The notes beneath the pieces are model-generated. The model saw nothing but the letters and a program-made list of their open reading frames with translations, had not been told where the DNA came from and did not search any database. Below are positions 40,725 through 50,766 of a stretch of DNA of 64,000 bases, in pieces. The stretch covers positions 1,184,001 to 1,248,000 of the forward strand of contig CAVRKK010000002.1 in assembly GCA_963722385.1 (NCBI GenBank), given 5' to 3'. Source of the DNA: an uncultured bacterium. Its GTDB lineage: Bacteria > Babelota > Babeliae > Babelales > Babelaceae. How positions within the stretch are numbered: position 1 is the stretch's first letter; every line of letters starts with the position of its first letter. A program made the position numbers and the translations under genes.

Positions 40725-41948
40725 TTACTTATTGATAAGCTTGCGGTATTTTTCGTAGAGTTTAGGCGACGTCGTTTCAATCCCCTCGGGAGTTATCCGA
40801 TTGGCGGTACCGAGTGTGATCTTGGAAGGTTTTGCAAGCTGGCTATAGATTGGCGATAGCGATTGGGGAAGGTATTGAGTAACCCACGTCCTTGCTTGTT
40901 GGGCTTTTTGATAATAGACATTATAGTTCTGATAAACATCAAGCAATGCTTGGGCAACATCATCAACTGAGCAAGAAAAAAACTCTCCTTGAAAGTTATT
41001 GAATACCGGATAATAAGCGCGCTGGCTAATTGCTGCTGGCACAGCTTTTACCAATCCAGTCGCGGCAATGGTATGATGGGCGGTAGCGTCTGATACAATA
41101 ACCGGAATACCGAGCGCGAGCGCTTCGCGGGGGGTAATCGAAAAGCCTTCCCCTTTTGAAACAATAACGTAGCAGCTAAAAGAGGACATAAGCTGCAGGT
41201 ATTGAGCAGGATCAAGGTTATCAATCGTAAGAATAACGTTTCTTAACTTGTGGTTATTGATTTCTCGCTGGATCATCTCTCGCACTGAAAAATTGTCGTA
41301 GCGAGCATTGATACGCAGTTGTACGTCCTTGCGGTTGCCAAATGCTTTGGCAAATGCTTGAAGTAAAACGCTATGATTTTTGCGTGATTCGAGGGCGCAT
41401 GTGTTACCAAATACAAAGGGCTTAGAAGTCTTTTTTGTGCTCTTTCGGGCCAGCGCTGGCTCAAGGGAAAGGCTGAGCGGGATAACAAAGATAGGAATCT
41501 GGACGCCCGAGTCTTGATAAACGCGAACCAGCCACTCATCAGGCACGATGACCGCGTCAAAATGCTTATTAAGAGTGCTTGTCCATTGCGGGTGTAATTT
41601 TGTCGATTCAATCATTGAATAGGCGATTTTGATAGGAGCATTTTTGGGCAAGCGCGCGAGATAATTATAGGTTGGTGACCACAACATATCGGTAAAGAGG
41701 ACCACATTGGTCGCTTTTTGAGGGCGTTTTACCAGACTGCGCGCTGATGCGGGCATAACATCAGGCAGGCGCCGCGTTGGTATAAAGTTGACGAAGATGT
41801 CCTTGTGGAAGCACCGGGCCAGCTCGAGCGTGACTTTTCCTAGCCCATCTTCAGGCTGAATATACCCCACCAAGGTCAAGCTTGCCTCAAACGCCAATGA
41901 GCTTTTAAAATATATAATCAAAAAAATTATGCTGATCAGTTTTCTCAT
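40725..41948 (-). CDS. GT-B glycosyltransferase (family 4-like) with signal peptide
   Basis: RKNH..LLQAF, SKGEGFSITPREALALGIPVIVS; N-terminal MRKLISIIFLIIYFKSSLA. Confidence 0.88.
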   Translation of the reverse strand: MRKLISIIFLIIYFKSSLAFEASLTLVGYIQPEDGLGKVTLELARCFHKDIFVNFIPTRRLPDVMPASARSLVKRPQKATNVVLFTDMLWSPTYNYLARLPKNAPIKIAYSMIESTKLHPQWTSTLNKHFDAVIVPDEWLVRVYQDSGVQIPIFVIPLSLSLEPALARKSTKKTSKPFVFGNTCALESRKNHSVLLQAFAKAFGNRKDVQLRINARYDNFSVREMIQREINNHKLRNVILTIDNLDPAQYLQLMSSFSCYVIVSKGEGFSITPREALALGIPVIVSDATAHHTIAATGLVKAVPAAISQRAYYPVFNNFQGEFFSCSVDDVAQALLDVYQNYNVYYQKAQQARTWVTQYLPQSLSPIYSQLAKPSKITLGTANRITPEGIETTSPKLYEKYRKLINK

Positions 41949-41953
41949 AGCCC

Positions 41954-44662
41954 TTACCCTTGCTCAATTACTTGCAGGGAGCTTCCCTGCGGACCCTTAA
42001 AAACATAAAACTGTACGGGAAATTGCTCTTTCATGATCGGTAAGTGCGAAACGATAATCACTTTTGCGAAGTCTTCTTGGATCTTGTAGAGCGCGTCCGT
42101 AATATGGGCGAGCCCCTCTTCATCTTGCGAACCAAACCCCTCATCTATGATCAGTATTTGGAGCGCTGCTCCTGCTCGCCGTGCGAGAAGCTTTGAAATA
42201 GCTATACGAAGCGCAAAATCGATCCTAAAGGCCTCTCCGCCGGAGAAGAGTTCATACGGCCGAATCCCTAAGGGATCTGATATCTTGATATCAAGCGTCT
42301 CTTTCGTGGCGCCACTTTTGAGGTCTCTGAGCGACTCGATTGTTAAATGCGCTTGGTTATCCGTAAGCTTGGCCAGCAGCGCATTAGCCTCTTGTTCAAT
42401 TTCTGGGATAGCTTGCTCTATCAAGAGTGCTTGAATACCGTCCTTGCTCAATGCGTGGGCAAGTGCCTGGTATTCGTTGCACAGCGACTCGAGTTCCGTA
42501 TGACGCACTCGTGATTTTCGCGCCGCATCTTCTTTAAGCCGAATAAGCGTGCAATGGTGCTCAAGCGCGCCCTTTTTCTGTATAAATTCTTCCTTGTGGG
42601 TTACCAGCTTTTTTAACTCCTGACTGACCTGCTCTGCTTGTAAACGAAGATTATCGAGGTGCGCTTGGCAGTTTTTAAACTGAGCGAGTTGCTCATGAAT
42701 TAAGGGTGACTCTTGTTTGAGCTTTTTTATCAACGTTGCGAGCTCATGTATTTCTTGCTTGCGCTGCTCTTGGAGAGCCAGCTCTACAAAAAATGCTTGA
42801 TGCTCATGGCTTTGTTGCGTGAGCGCCGTGAGTTGATTGCAGGCTTTCTGGTACTCCTGGTCCTCGTGGGCGAGCTCAAGTGCATGCGTCTCACGTTTTT
42901 TTATGCCTTCTGTCAATAGTTTATATTCTGAATCCTCGTTTATATAAGACTCAGCCGAGCGCTGCTTGTCATGTTGTTCCTGGATTGTCTTAAGGAGGCT
43001 CTCGGCTATTTTGTAAGCCTCGACCGCTTGCTTGTATTCTTGCTCATGTTCGAACAGCTGCTGCTCCTGTTTTAATTTTTGCTGGATCAGCTCATGAAGA
43101 CGGCTTTCCAAGCGCGTCCGTTCTTGCTGCTCTTTCTTAAGCATTTCTATGTCATTGTGTTGCTTAAGTAAGAGCTCTTTTAGGTTTTGAATCACTAATA
43201 TCACGCGGCTTAGCTGATGATTAAATAAACGGTTCATGTGCGCGAATGAGCTCTTAAGCTTCAAGCAAGCGGTTGACGTTAACTCCTGGCTGCACAGGGG
43301 GCAGCATGCTTGAGCCGTCTCAACCAATATGCGCTTGTCATCGAGCTCTTGCATGGCTTTTTGTAGGTTATTACGCCGTGCAATAAATCGGTGATAAAAT
43401 ACTTTGCGACGCTCGAAAAGCTTTTCTTGATCTTGAAGTGTATGGTTCGTTAGTTGTTTGATCCGATCGCGGGTAAGCTCTATTTCTTGAGCCAGCCTTT
43501 TAAGTTCCTCGCGTGTAGTAACTTCGCGTTGGGCAAGTGCTTCATTCTGCTGTTTGAAATGGCGGACTGCTGTTTCTTGAGCGCTTTTCTTATTGGTAAA
43601 TTCTTGGAGGCTTTTTGCTTGTTGCTTGATCAGAGTCTCTTTATGAGACTGAAGCTTATCTTTGCACGTACTAAGCTCTTCCATAAGGCGCCGATATTGC
43701 ATCGGTCGTTCACGGAGCTGCTGTACGCGCTGTTCAAGCTGCGCTCTTTGCTCGGTGGCCGCCTGCACGAGAGCGAGGGCTTTCTTTTTATGTTGCACAG
43801 AGCGCCATATGCCGACTTTGTCCAAAAACAAGCGTGTTTGAGACTCGATCATGGCTCTGTTATGCTCTTCTACCAGGGCAAGCCGTGTCCAGGCTTGCTT
43901 TTGAGCTTCAAGGCCTTGCTTGCGTTCTTCGAGCTCACGAGCAACGCCTTTTAAGGCGTCTTCGCGTGCGTTGTTTTGGCTCAATTGCTTGTTGATATGC
44001 GTAAGCGCTGCTTCGACCTCTGCTTTTTGGTTGATGTCGTTCTGTAAAGCTGCCAAGCCTTGGGCCAGTACTTCTTTTTCCAGCAATATGGCTCGCGCTT
44101 TTTCAGTCGCCTTTTTCCGAAGCTGCTCGTAGCGGTCGATTCCCAAAATGGCGGCAAGAATCTCTTTTCGCTCGCGGGACGACTTTTTAGAAAACTCGTT
44201 TGATTGTCCCTGTCGCAGAAATGCTGAATTGATAAATGATTCGTAATCAAGCCTGATAGTCTGGTTGATTTTCTCTTGCGTCGCGCGCATGGTCTTTTCG
44301 CTTAAAGGACGTATCTGCTGCGTTTTTTCATCGATAATGCCGAAATCCAAGTGGCTTACGGCTTTTGCGCCTAAGAGAGTATACTCGCGCCTTATGCGGT
44401 ACGTAATGCCCGTATAGCGAAAATCCAGTGAAACCATCATGTGCGTCTGCCCCAGGCGCATCAGTCCTTCGTCTGCTTTTGACGGGGTAAATGCTTTTCG
44501 GGCTTGCCCCCAGAGCGCCCAGGTAAGAGCATCGAGAAGTGCTGACTTGCCATGCCCATTTTTCCCCGAAAGGCAGATAAGGTGATAGGGCTCAAAACAA
44601 ATGGTCTGTACCTGAGAACCGTAGCTGATAAAATTTTTTAACTGGAGTTTTAAGGGTACCAT
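41954..44662 (-). CDS. sbcC: SbcC/Rad50-like SMC-family ATPase
   Basis: LKNFISY, GKNGHGKS, coiled coil with CPLC zinc hook, FSGGE, IIDEGFGSQD, VSH. Confidence 0.9.
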   Translation of the reverse strand: MVPLKLQLKNFISYGSQVQTICFEPYHLICLSGKNGHGKSALLDALTWALWGQARKAFTPSKADEGLMRLGQTHMMVSLDFRYTGITYRIRREYTLLGAKAVSHLDFGIIDEKTQQIRPLSEKTMRATQEKINQTIRLDYESFINSAFLRQGQSNEFSKKSSRERKEILAAILGIDRYEQLRKKATEKARAILLEKEVLAQGLAALQNDINQKAEVEAALTHINKQLSQNNAREDALKGVARELEERKQGLEAQKQAWTRLALVEEHNRAMIESQTRLFLDKVGIWRSVQHKKKALALVQAATEQRAQLEQRVQQLRERPMQYRRLMEELSTCKDKLQSHKETLIKQQAKSLQEFTNKKSAQETAVRHFKQQNEALAQREVTTREELKRLAQEIELTRDRIKQLTNHTLQDQEKLFERRKVFYHRFIARRNNLQKAMQELDDKRILVETAQACCPLCSQELTSTACLKLKSSFAHMNRLFNHQLSRVILVIQNLKELLLKQHNDIEMLKKEQQERTRLESRLHELIQQKLKQEQQLFEHEQEYKQAVEAYKIAESLLKTIQEQHDKQRSAESYINEDSEYKLLTEGIKKRETHALELAHEDQEYQKACNQLTALTQQSHEHQAFFVELALQEQRKQEIHELATLIKKLKQESPLIHEQLAQFKNCQAHLDNLRLQAEQVSQELKKLVTHKEEFIQKKGALEHHCTLIRLKEDAARKSRVRHTELESLCNEYQALAHALSKDGIQALLIEQAIPEIEQEANALLAKLTDNQAHLTIESLRDLKSGATKETLDIKISDPLGIRPYELFSGGEAFRIDFALRIAISKLLARRAGAALQILIIDEGFGSQDEEGLAHITDALYKIQEDFAKVIIVSHLPIMKEQFPVQFYVFKGPQGSSLQVIEQG

Positions 44663-44827
44663 AGCCGCCTGTTATTGAGGTTAAGTATCTTACATAATTG
44701 CTGAAATTATCAAAAAAATCCAGTATAGAATGCGATCTGGTCATAGCTTGCTATAAAATTTACCCTTGCTTTTTTCTTGTTTAAAATTCTATTATTAAAG
44801 AGAACCAACTAAACAAAGGAGATATTT

Positions 44828-45343
44828 ATGTTTACAAGAAGTCTACTAATTTCTTTCTTGAGCGTGTCGCTTCTCGTGGTAAGCCTTGATGCTGCGATAA
44901 CCCGAGAAACAAAGGTCCCAGCTACATCAAGCCTTCTATCTTTGCATGCACCTGGAGCACCAACTGAGGTTAAAACGCCTGTCATACCAACAGCTCGCCG
45001 AGCCGGTGGCATGGGTTATATGGATCAAACGGGTCAATTTACCTTTGATGCTGGGTTTAAGAATCGCCTTGCCAACTTGATCAGGGTTTATGTTTTTAAA
45101 GATAACCCAACGGTTGGCTATATTGCATTTGCAGGGCATCATATTGCTTCTATCAATATAGTTCGATCAGATATTCTGGCAAAAAAAGGCCAAATACTCA
45201 TAGGGCATTTGCCTAATATGAACGTTTATATTCACGAAGGCGCTCTTGCAGAGCATCATCAACCTATGTGGAAGAACCTTTGGAAGCGAATGAAAGGTGC
45301 AGCACGACAAGCTACCACGAGAGTTCCGTTGGTACGTAAATAA
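44828..45343 (+). CDS. Hypothetical exported protein
   Basis: AAAGGAG RBS; signal peptide ending SLDA. Confidence 0.75.
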   Translation: MFTRSLLISFLSVSLLVVSLDAAITRETKVPATSSLLSLHAPGAPTEVKTPVIPTARRAGGMGYMDQTGQFTFDAGFKNRLANLIRVYVFKDNPTVGYIAFAGHHIASINIVRSDILAKKGQILIGHLPNMNVYIHEGALAEHHQPMWKNLWKRMKGAARQATTRVPLVRK

Positions 45344-45350
45344 TTACGCA

Positions 45351-47090
45351 CTACGCATTTTGCGCGGCATCCATCAAAACGCAATAACGGCTAATAAAAG
45401 CTACGGCAACGTCGATGGCGTAGCTTGACGAGCCGGCATTTTCAAGTAATACGAGCAGGGCAAGAGGCTCATAGTTTTGATAGCGAATATAAACGATAAT
45501 CCATCCATGCTCTCGATATTTTTTGCCGAAGTTTCTTTTCTCAAGCGAGCTTGTTTGTGCGGTACCCGTTTTTGCATAGAGCTCAATATTCATATTGCGC
45601 AGGCGACGGCTGGTGCCGCGTTCTCGAGCGAGGGCCATCGACTCTTTCAGAAATGATCGTGTGGTCTGGCTAATAGCGAGTGGCCTTTTTTCATGTTCAT
45701 TGCTTTCTGCTGCAGCCTTTAGTATGCAGGGCCGCACGAGAAAACCTTCGCAGATAGCTGATACCATGCAGGCCATCTGTATTGGGGTTACTAATAGGAA
45801 GCTTTGGCCTATAGCTGCAGAAAGCGTTTCGCCTGGCCACCAACGCTCTCTTTTGTTTGCTTGCTTCCAGGCACTTGTTGGCACGAGTCCGGCTTTTTCC
45901 GGAAATGCGCCATTTGTTTTTGTGCCTAGGCCGAAACGGTGCGCATAATCTGCCAGCGTATCTATCTTGATATGCTGTGCAATATCATAAAATGGTATAT
46001 TGCAGGAATGGGCAACAGCTGCGAGAGCATTAAGTTTGCCATGCCCTTTGTGATTACTGCAATGATAAGGCCTGCCGGCAAAGACGAGCGAGCCTTTGCA
46101 TTCCCATTCTGTTTCTGGTGTTATGAGGTTTGTTTCAAGGGCAGCGCTAATAGTAACGAGCTTGAAGAGCGAGGCAGGAGGATAGAGGGCACCAAAAGCG
46201 CGGTTAAGAAAAGGCTGCTTTTCATCTTGCAAAGACTCCCAGGTAGTTTTATCAAGCGACTCGATGAACATGTTCGGATCAAAGGCCGGCCGTGAAACGA
46301 CCGCCTTGAGTGCGCCTGTTCGTGGGCTTAGTGCCAAGATGACCCCTGCATACTCGGTGGGGAAAACGTCTTCAGCAAGATGTTGGATGTCGAGATCAAT
46401 GGTGGTTTCAAGGTCACCGCCCTTGCAGGCTTTTTGTATTTCTTCTTGGGCAAGTTGCTGCCCTTGAGAGTTAATTTTCTTTCTTATTTGACCAAAGCTT
46501 CCCTGGAGTTCATTTTCATAAATTTTTTCGAGGCCCATCTGCCCTGCCGGCTTTGTGGTGATAGAGCCCAGATAGCCGAGTACATGGCATGCCAAAGAGC
46601 TGTAAGGATAGCTGCGCTTGAAGGCCGTATCAAAAAGGAGATTTTTATGCTGAGGAAAGTGCTCAATGATGCGGCTTAGCAGAGCGAAACTAATTTCAGC
46701 ATCAAGCAAAAATTTACTATTTCTGCGCTCAGCCTGCATAAAAGCTGGATCTTGTTCGATATTCTTGTTGAGGAGTTGTTCAAGAAACTGGACGACTGCT
46801 TTTTGTGAAGCATCGAGACTTCTTTTACCTGACCCTTGCCAATAGAGTGAAGTAACGGGCCGGCTGGTGGCAAGTGGGCGTCCCTTGACATCGAGGATAT
46901 TGCCGCGTGGTGGTATAATTTTTTCAGTCCGTAAAAAATTGCGCTCGCCAAGGGTAAAAAAGCGCGTGAAAAAGTGGATTTGGAGTTCAAAGAGGCGGAT
47001 AATGATGAATACAAACCCCACCATCAGGAACCGCCTGAACATGCTCAAGCGTTGTGTCAGTTTGCCAAGGCCTGAATCGACTGGCTGCAT
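45351..47090 (-). CDS. mrdA: Penicillin-binding protein 2 (class B transpeptidase)
   Basis: N-terminal TM, PRGNILD..G, GLEK.YE..L.G, SxxK (SLFK), SxN (SCN), KTG. Confidence 0.93.
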   Translation of the reverse strand: MQPVDSGLGKLTQRLSMFRRFLMVGFVFIIIRLFELQIHFFTRFFTLGERNFLRTEKIIPPRGNILDVKGRPLATSRPVTSLYWQGSGKRSLDASQKAVVQFLEQLLNKNIEQDPAFMQAERRNSKFLLDAEISFALLSRIIEHFPQHKNLLFDTAFKRSYPYSSLACHVLGYLGSITTKPAGQMGLEKIYENELQGSFGQIRKKINSQGQQLAQEEIQKACKGGDLETTIDLDIQHLAEDVFPTEYAGVILALSPRTGALKAVVSRPAFDPNMFIESLDKTTWESLQDEKQPFLNRAFGALYPPASLFKLVTISAALETNLITPETEWECKGSLVFAGRPYHCSNHKGHGKLNALAAVAHSCNIPFYDIAQHIKIDTLADYAHRFGLGTKTNGAFPEKAGLVPTSAWKQANKRERWWPGETLSAAIGQSFLLVTPIQMACMVSAICEGFLVRPCILKAAAESNEHEKRPLAISQTTRSFLKESMALARERGTSRRLRNMNIELYAKTGTAQTSSLEKRNFGKKYREHGWIIVYIRYQNYEPLALLVLLENAGSSSYAIDVAVAFISRYCVLMDAAQNA

Positions 47091-47135
47091 GTCCTTCCCT
47101 CTGCCGTAGAGAACAATCTTGCTATCTGTTGCCCA

Positions 47136-49868
47136 TTATTCAAGGTTATATTCTTTGCACCGGCGGTTGACCGATGACCGATTTACGCCGAGGAACGTTG
47201 CAATTTTAGTCTGATTTTTAAATTTATTCCAGAGCATGGTCATGATACGTGCGTCTTTAAGGGCGTGCTTGCCAAGGCGGGCGGCCTGGGAAAGCTCGGG
47301 ATCAGCGATGGTATAGGCGGTATCAAGCGTAATCTCTTGGATATTTTTTTTGTTGGATTTTTGCGCCAAGCTAAATTGGATATGCTCTTTAAATTCTTGA
47401 AGGCTAATAAGGGATCCCTGGTTGATAATCCGCTCGCGTTCTTTTTTGCTTAACTCAAGCAGGTTTTTAAGCTCTTTTGCGCGCAGTGTTTGATCAACAT
47501 AGCCATCCATAAGCTCATAAAGCTCTCCCTGCTCGAGAGAAACGAGAGCGGGAAGGCGCACGGTCGTATGGGTAATTTCTTGTAAAAGCGCTGGTGAGAA
47601 GAGGCCTTCTTGTGCGAGGACAGCCAGCTTACGGACACTCGAGCAGATAATCCGAACGTTGCTTGTGTTTTTGCGGTCGCTTCTGAGAGGCTTGTAAAAA
47701 CCATAGTGAATAAACTCGGCGAGGGCATGCTGGGTTTCGAGGCTTAAGAGTTCAATATTTTCAATAAAGAGCGTTCCTACGTCATTGAGCCTTTCGAGCA
47801 GCGCTGGGTCTTGCAGGCCATTGTCGAACAAGGGATTAATGCCAAAGAGCTTGAGGGCGGCTTCATGATTTTTCTCAGGGGAGCTTAGCTTTAGCATGTG
47901 GAGCTCAGAGCGCAAGCTGATGTGATGGATGATCTCAACGGTCGAAGTGAGATCTTCGCTGGGCATATCTAAGAAGATAGCTTTCTTGCCTAATGCTGCT
48001 TTTAGCAGGGTGATTTTGAAATTGAGGAGCGTTTCTCCTGAGCCAGGAATAAGTTTATTGATGAGCTGACCGGAGTGAGTGGTTTCCAAATAAAGAGCAT
48101 AGTCCCACTCTGAAGGGTCTTTGAGGAGGGCGATCCTGTCATGGAGGGTGTCGGCAACCTCTGGATAGTAGACGGTAATAATGACATAGCTGTTATCAAG
48201 GCTTGGTATACCGGCGATCACGAGCTTATTATTAGCATTATCCTTTGTCATAATAGTTTGCGCCGCTTTATATTCTTGAACATTGCGCGCTAGTTTTTTG
48301 AGCTCTTTATTGAGCTCGTACCCCGTTTCTTTGTTGAGGTCAATACCGAGCATCTCTTGGGCAACCTGATTACCGTAACTAAAACGCCGCCCTTTATAAA
48401 AAATAATGCCAATTCTTCGCTCGCTTGCGCTTCTCAGGAACGAACGAATGCTTTCTTTATATTGACTAATCTCCTGGTGCTTTTGGTAAAGCTCTTCTTT
48501 GACGTCCTTATGCTCCTTGAGCATAGCTCGAAGATTGTTATGCTTAAGCAAATTAATAATAGCTGACAGATAATTGGCAAAGATGAGCATTTCATCACGG
48601 TCGGTATAGCTGAAAAACCGATGTGGCCGTGCATTGTGCTCTATGGTGATATAAGCTATAATCGCTTGCTTATCATAAATAGGTACGAAAACGTCAGCAT
48701 TAATATTTTTAAGAAAGCTAATGAGGGTTTCAATAGTAGGATCTGGCTGATAAAAATTAGTAAATTCGAGCTCATCCCTAATAAGTACTTTTAGTTGGTA
48801 AATCATGAGGCGAAGCGCTTCGTTTTCGGGCAAGCGGGCCACCATATTTTCTATACAATGGTAGGTGTAATATTTGTCAGGGTCCATTGCTTCTCTATCA
48901 GCTTTTTCTTTGGCCTGACTGCGATCGAGCGATCGGATATAAAGAAAAGTATTGCCAGGAGCAACTTCCAGTTCTTTTTTAAAAAAATTTTGAGTTAGGT
49001 GTCTCACTTGGCTTAGGGTCGTAACATAAGCAAGCTGTTCAAGGGTGTCTTTGAAGTTTTGAATGAAATTGCTATCATATTGTATGTCGATATGGTCTTT
49101 TGTGTTAAGAAAGCGTAGCTTCGTGATTCGACGAGCGCCAAAATAAAGCCCGTACGTAAGCAAAATACCTGAAAGACTTACGAATGGGTAAATCTCTTGC
49201 TTATAAAGAAATAATGCTAGAGGCATTAATGAAGCGAACTCAAGGAGTTGATAAGGTATTATCGAATATTTCATAAGCGTTTGCAATTGTGCTGAAACGA
49301 TTTTAGGGAGCGAACGAGATCGGAGCATATTGAGAACACGGTATATTACCGGAATAAGAATTGCGTAGCAGAAGCAATAACTTATTACGTTAATCGTATG
49401 GTTGATGGACTCAAAATATGGTAATTCGTATTGATTAAAATAGAGGATTGTTATGGCAAGCTGCGCGGTAAGCAAAATAAACGTGCCACAGCACTGAAAA
49501 GCTTTAGAAGGCGTCCACTTTATTCGTTGGGTAGGACAAATAAGCTGATCGATAAAAAATGATAGGGCCAATTGCTCGGTAATACTACAAAGCCAGCTTA
49601 TTCTTACGAGCGTAGGCGTAATTGATCCTAATGATGGAAGCACAGTATCTTTGAGTAACTTGACGATCCAACTGAGGTCGATGACGGCGTTGGAAACGAG
49701 CAAAATAATAATAAAAACCCAAAGGAGGTGAGGAACCCTGGCGCGGAATTTAAGACGTATGAGTCCGCCAATAAAAAGAGACTTAAAAAAAAAGGTAAGA
49801 ACCTTAATAGCAAGAAGCACGTAAGGGCTCGAAAACATGCTTAAAAATAGGGAAACTAGCGTCTGCAT
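47136..49868 (-). CDS. Multi-pass membrane sensor fused to a degenerate sigma54-activator-like AAA+ domain and a Fis-type HTH
   Basis: ~7 hydrophobic segments in the first 245 aa, GAF-like region, LFG...GTLFIENI...Q...VRII...LP.L skeleton, C-terminal NQTKIATFLGVNRSSVNRR. Confidence 0.8.
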   Translation of the reverse strand: MQTLVSLFLSMFSSPYVLLAIKVLTFFFKSLFIGGLIRLKFRARVPHLLWVFIIILLVSNAVIDLSWIVKLLKDTVLPSLGSITPTLVRISWLCSITEQLALSFFIDQLICPTQRIKWTPSKAFQCCGTFILLTAQLAITILYFNQYELPYFESINHTINVISYCFCYAILIPVIYRVLNMLRSRSLPKIVSAQLQTLMKYSIIPYQLLEFASLMPLALFLYKQEIYPFVSLSGILLTYGLYFGARRITKLRFLNTKDHIDIQYDSNFIQNFKDTLEQLAYVTTLSQVRHLTQNFFKKELEVAPGNTFLYIRSLDRSQAKEKADREAMDPDKYYTYHCIENMVARLPENEALRLMIYQLKVLIRDELEFTNFYQPDPTIETLISFLKNINADVFVPIYDKQAIIAYITIEHNARPHRFFSYTDRDEMLIFANYLSAIINLLKHNNLRAMLKEHKDVKEELYQKHQEISQYKESIRSFLRSASERRIGIIFYKGRRFSYGNQVAQEMLGIDLNKETGYELNKELKKLARNVQEYKAAQTIMTKDNANNKLVIAGIPSLDNSYVIITVYYPEVADTLHDRIALLKDPSEWDYALYLETTHSGQLINKLIPGSGETLLNFKITLLKAALGKKAIFLDMPSEDLTSTVEIIHHISLRSELHMLKLSSPEKNHEAALKLFGINPLFDNGLQDPALLERLNDVGTLFIENIELLSLETQHALAEFIHYGFYKPLRSDRKNTSNVRIICSSVRKLAVLAQEGLFSPALLQEITHTTVRLPALVSLEQGELYELMDGYVDQTLRAKELKNLLELSKKERERIINQGSLISLQEFKEHIQFSLAQKSNKKNIQEITLDTAYTIADPELSQAARLGKHALKDARIMTMLWNKFKNQTKIATFLGVNRSSVNRRCKEYNLE

Positions 49869-50114
49869 AAGAACTTTTGGTCGACTTTTTAATTACTGTT
49901 GCTTTTTTCTTCTTTTCTCATATACTGAGTTGCAGGTTAAATCTCTTGCATATTAAGAGAGGTTTGATTTAGTATAACTTATTTACAACCAATATTAAAG
50001 GGGTTTGCTATGGTACCTGCTCCGGTAATTGCTCACTGGCCACCTTGGATCGGCTAAAGCTGATTTTGGGGGTTATGAGGGATAGCTTATATCCTTGGAG
50101 GTATATAAGCACGC

Positions 50115-50762
50115 ATGGAAGCTCAGCCGTCTTCGATAAGACTGTTACTCGATGAACTTGAAAAAATTGTGCGAGGAATGGCTGAGCCTCTATCGCCAAA
50201 GTTGGATCGTGAGTATAATCACGATCCTTTTGTTTTGTTAATCGGCTGTCTTCTCAGCTTGCGCACGCGCGATACGGTGACGTATCCAGTCTGCAAGAAG
50301 CTTTTCGCTCGAGCGCGGACGCCTGAGGCTCTCTTAAAAATCTCTCTTCCAGAACTTGAAAACCTTATTCACTCGGTTAATTACTATCGGCGCAAAGCCA
50401 AAGTTCTTCGAGCAGTTTCTCAGGAATTGCTGACGCGCTTTGGCGGCAGGGTTCCCTCTGATGAAGCGGCATTGCTTTCTTTGCCTGGCGTTGGAAGAAA
50501 AACGGCTAATCTGGTGCGTGCCGAGGCGTTTGGCATTCCCGCTCTCGCTGTTGATACGCATGTGCATCGCCTTGCCAATGAGCTTGGGTTGGTTACTACT
50601 AAGACTCCCCGAGAGACCGAGGATGCGCTTAAGAAGATCATCCCTCGAGATCGCTGGATTCAGGCGCATACTCTTTTAGTGACCTGTGGTCAAAATAATT
50701 GCAATATAGAGCCGCTTAAGAGCTTGATTGGGGGACATGCAAATCGTGCCCCCCTGCTTTGA
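50115..50762 (+). CDS. nth: Endonuclease III-like HhH-GPD glycosylase
   Basis: LLSLRTRD, LPGVGRKTAN, VDTHVHR; 4Fe-4S cysteine motif incomplete. Confidence 0.88.
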   Translation: MEAQPSSIRLLLDELEKIVRGMAEPLSPKLDREYNHDPFVLLIGCLLSLRTRDTVTYPVCKKLFARARTPEALLKISLPELENLIHSVNYYRRKAKVLRAVSQELLTRFGGRVPSDEAALLSLPGVGRKTANLVRAEAFGIPALAVDTHVHRLANELGLVTTKTPRETEDALKKIIPRDRWIQAHTLLVTCGQNNCNIEPLKSLIGGHANRAPLL

Positions 50763-50766
50763 CGTG

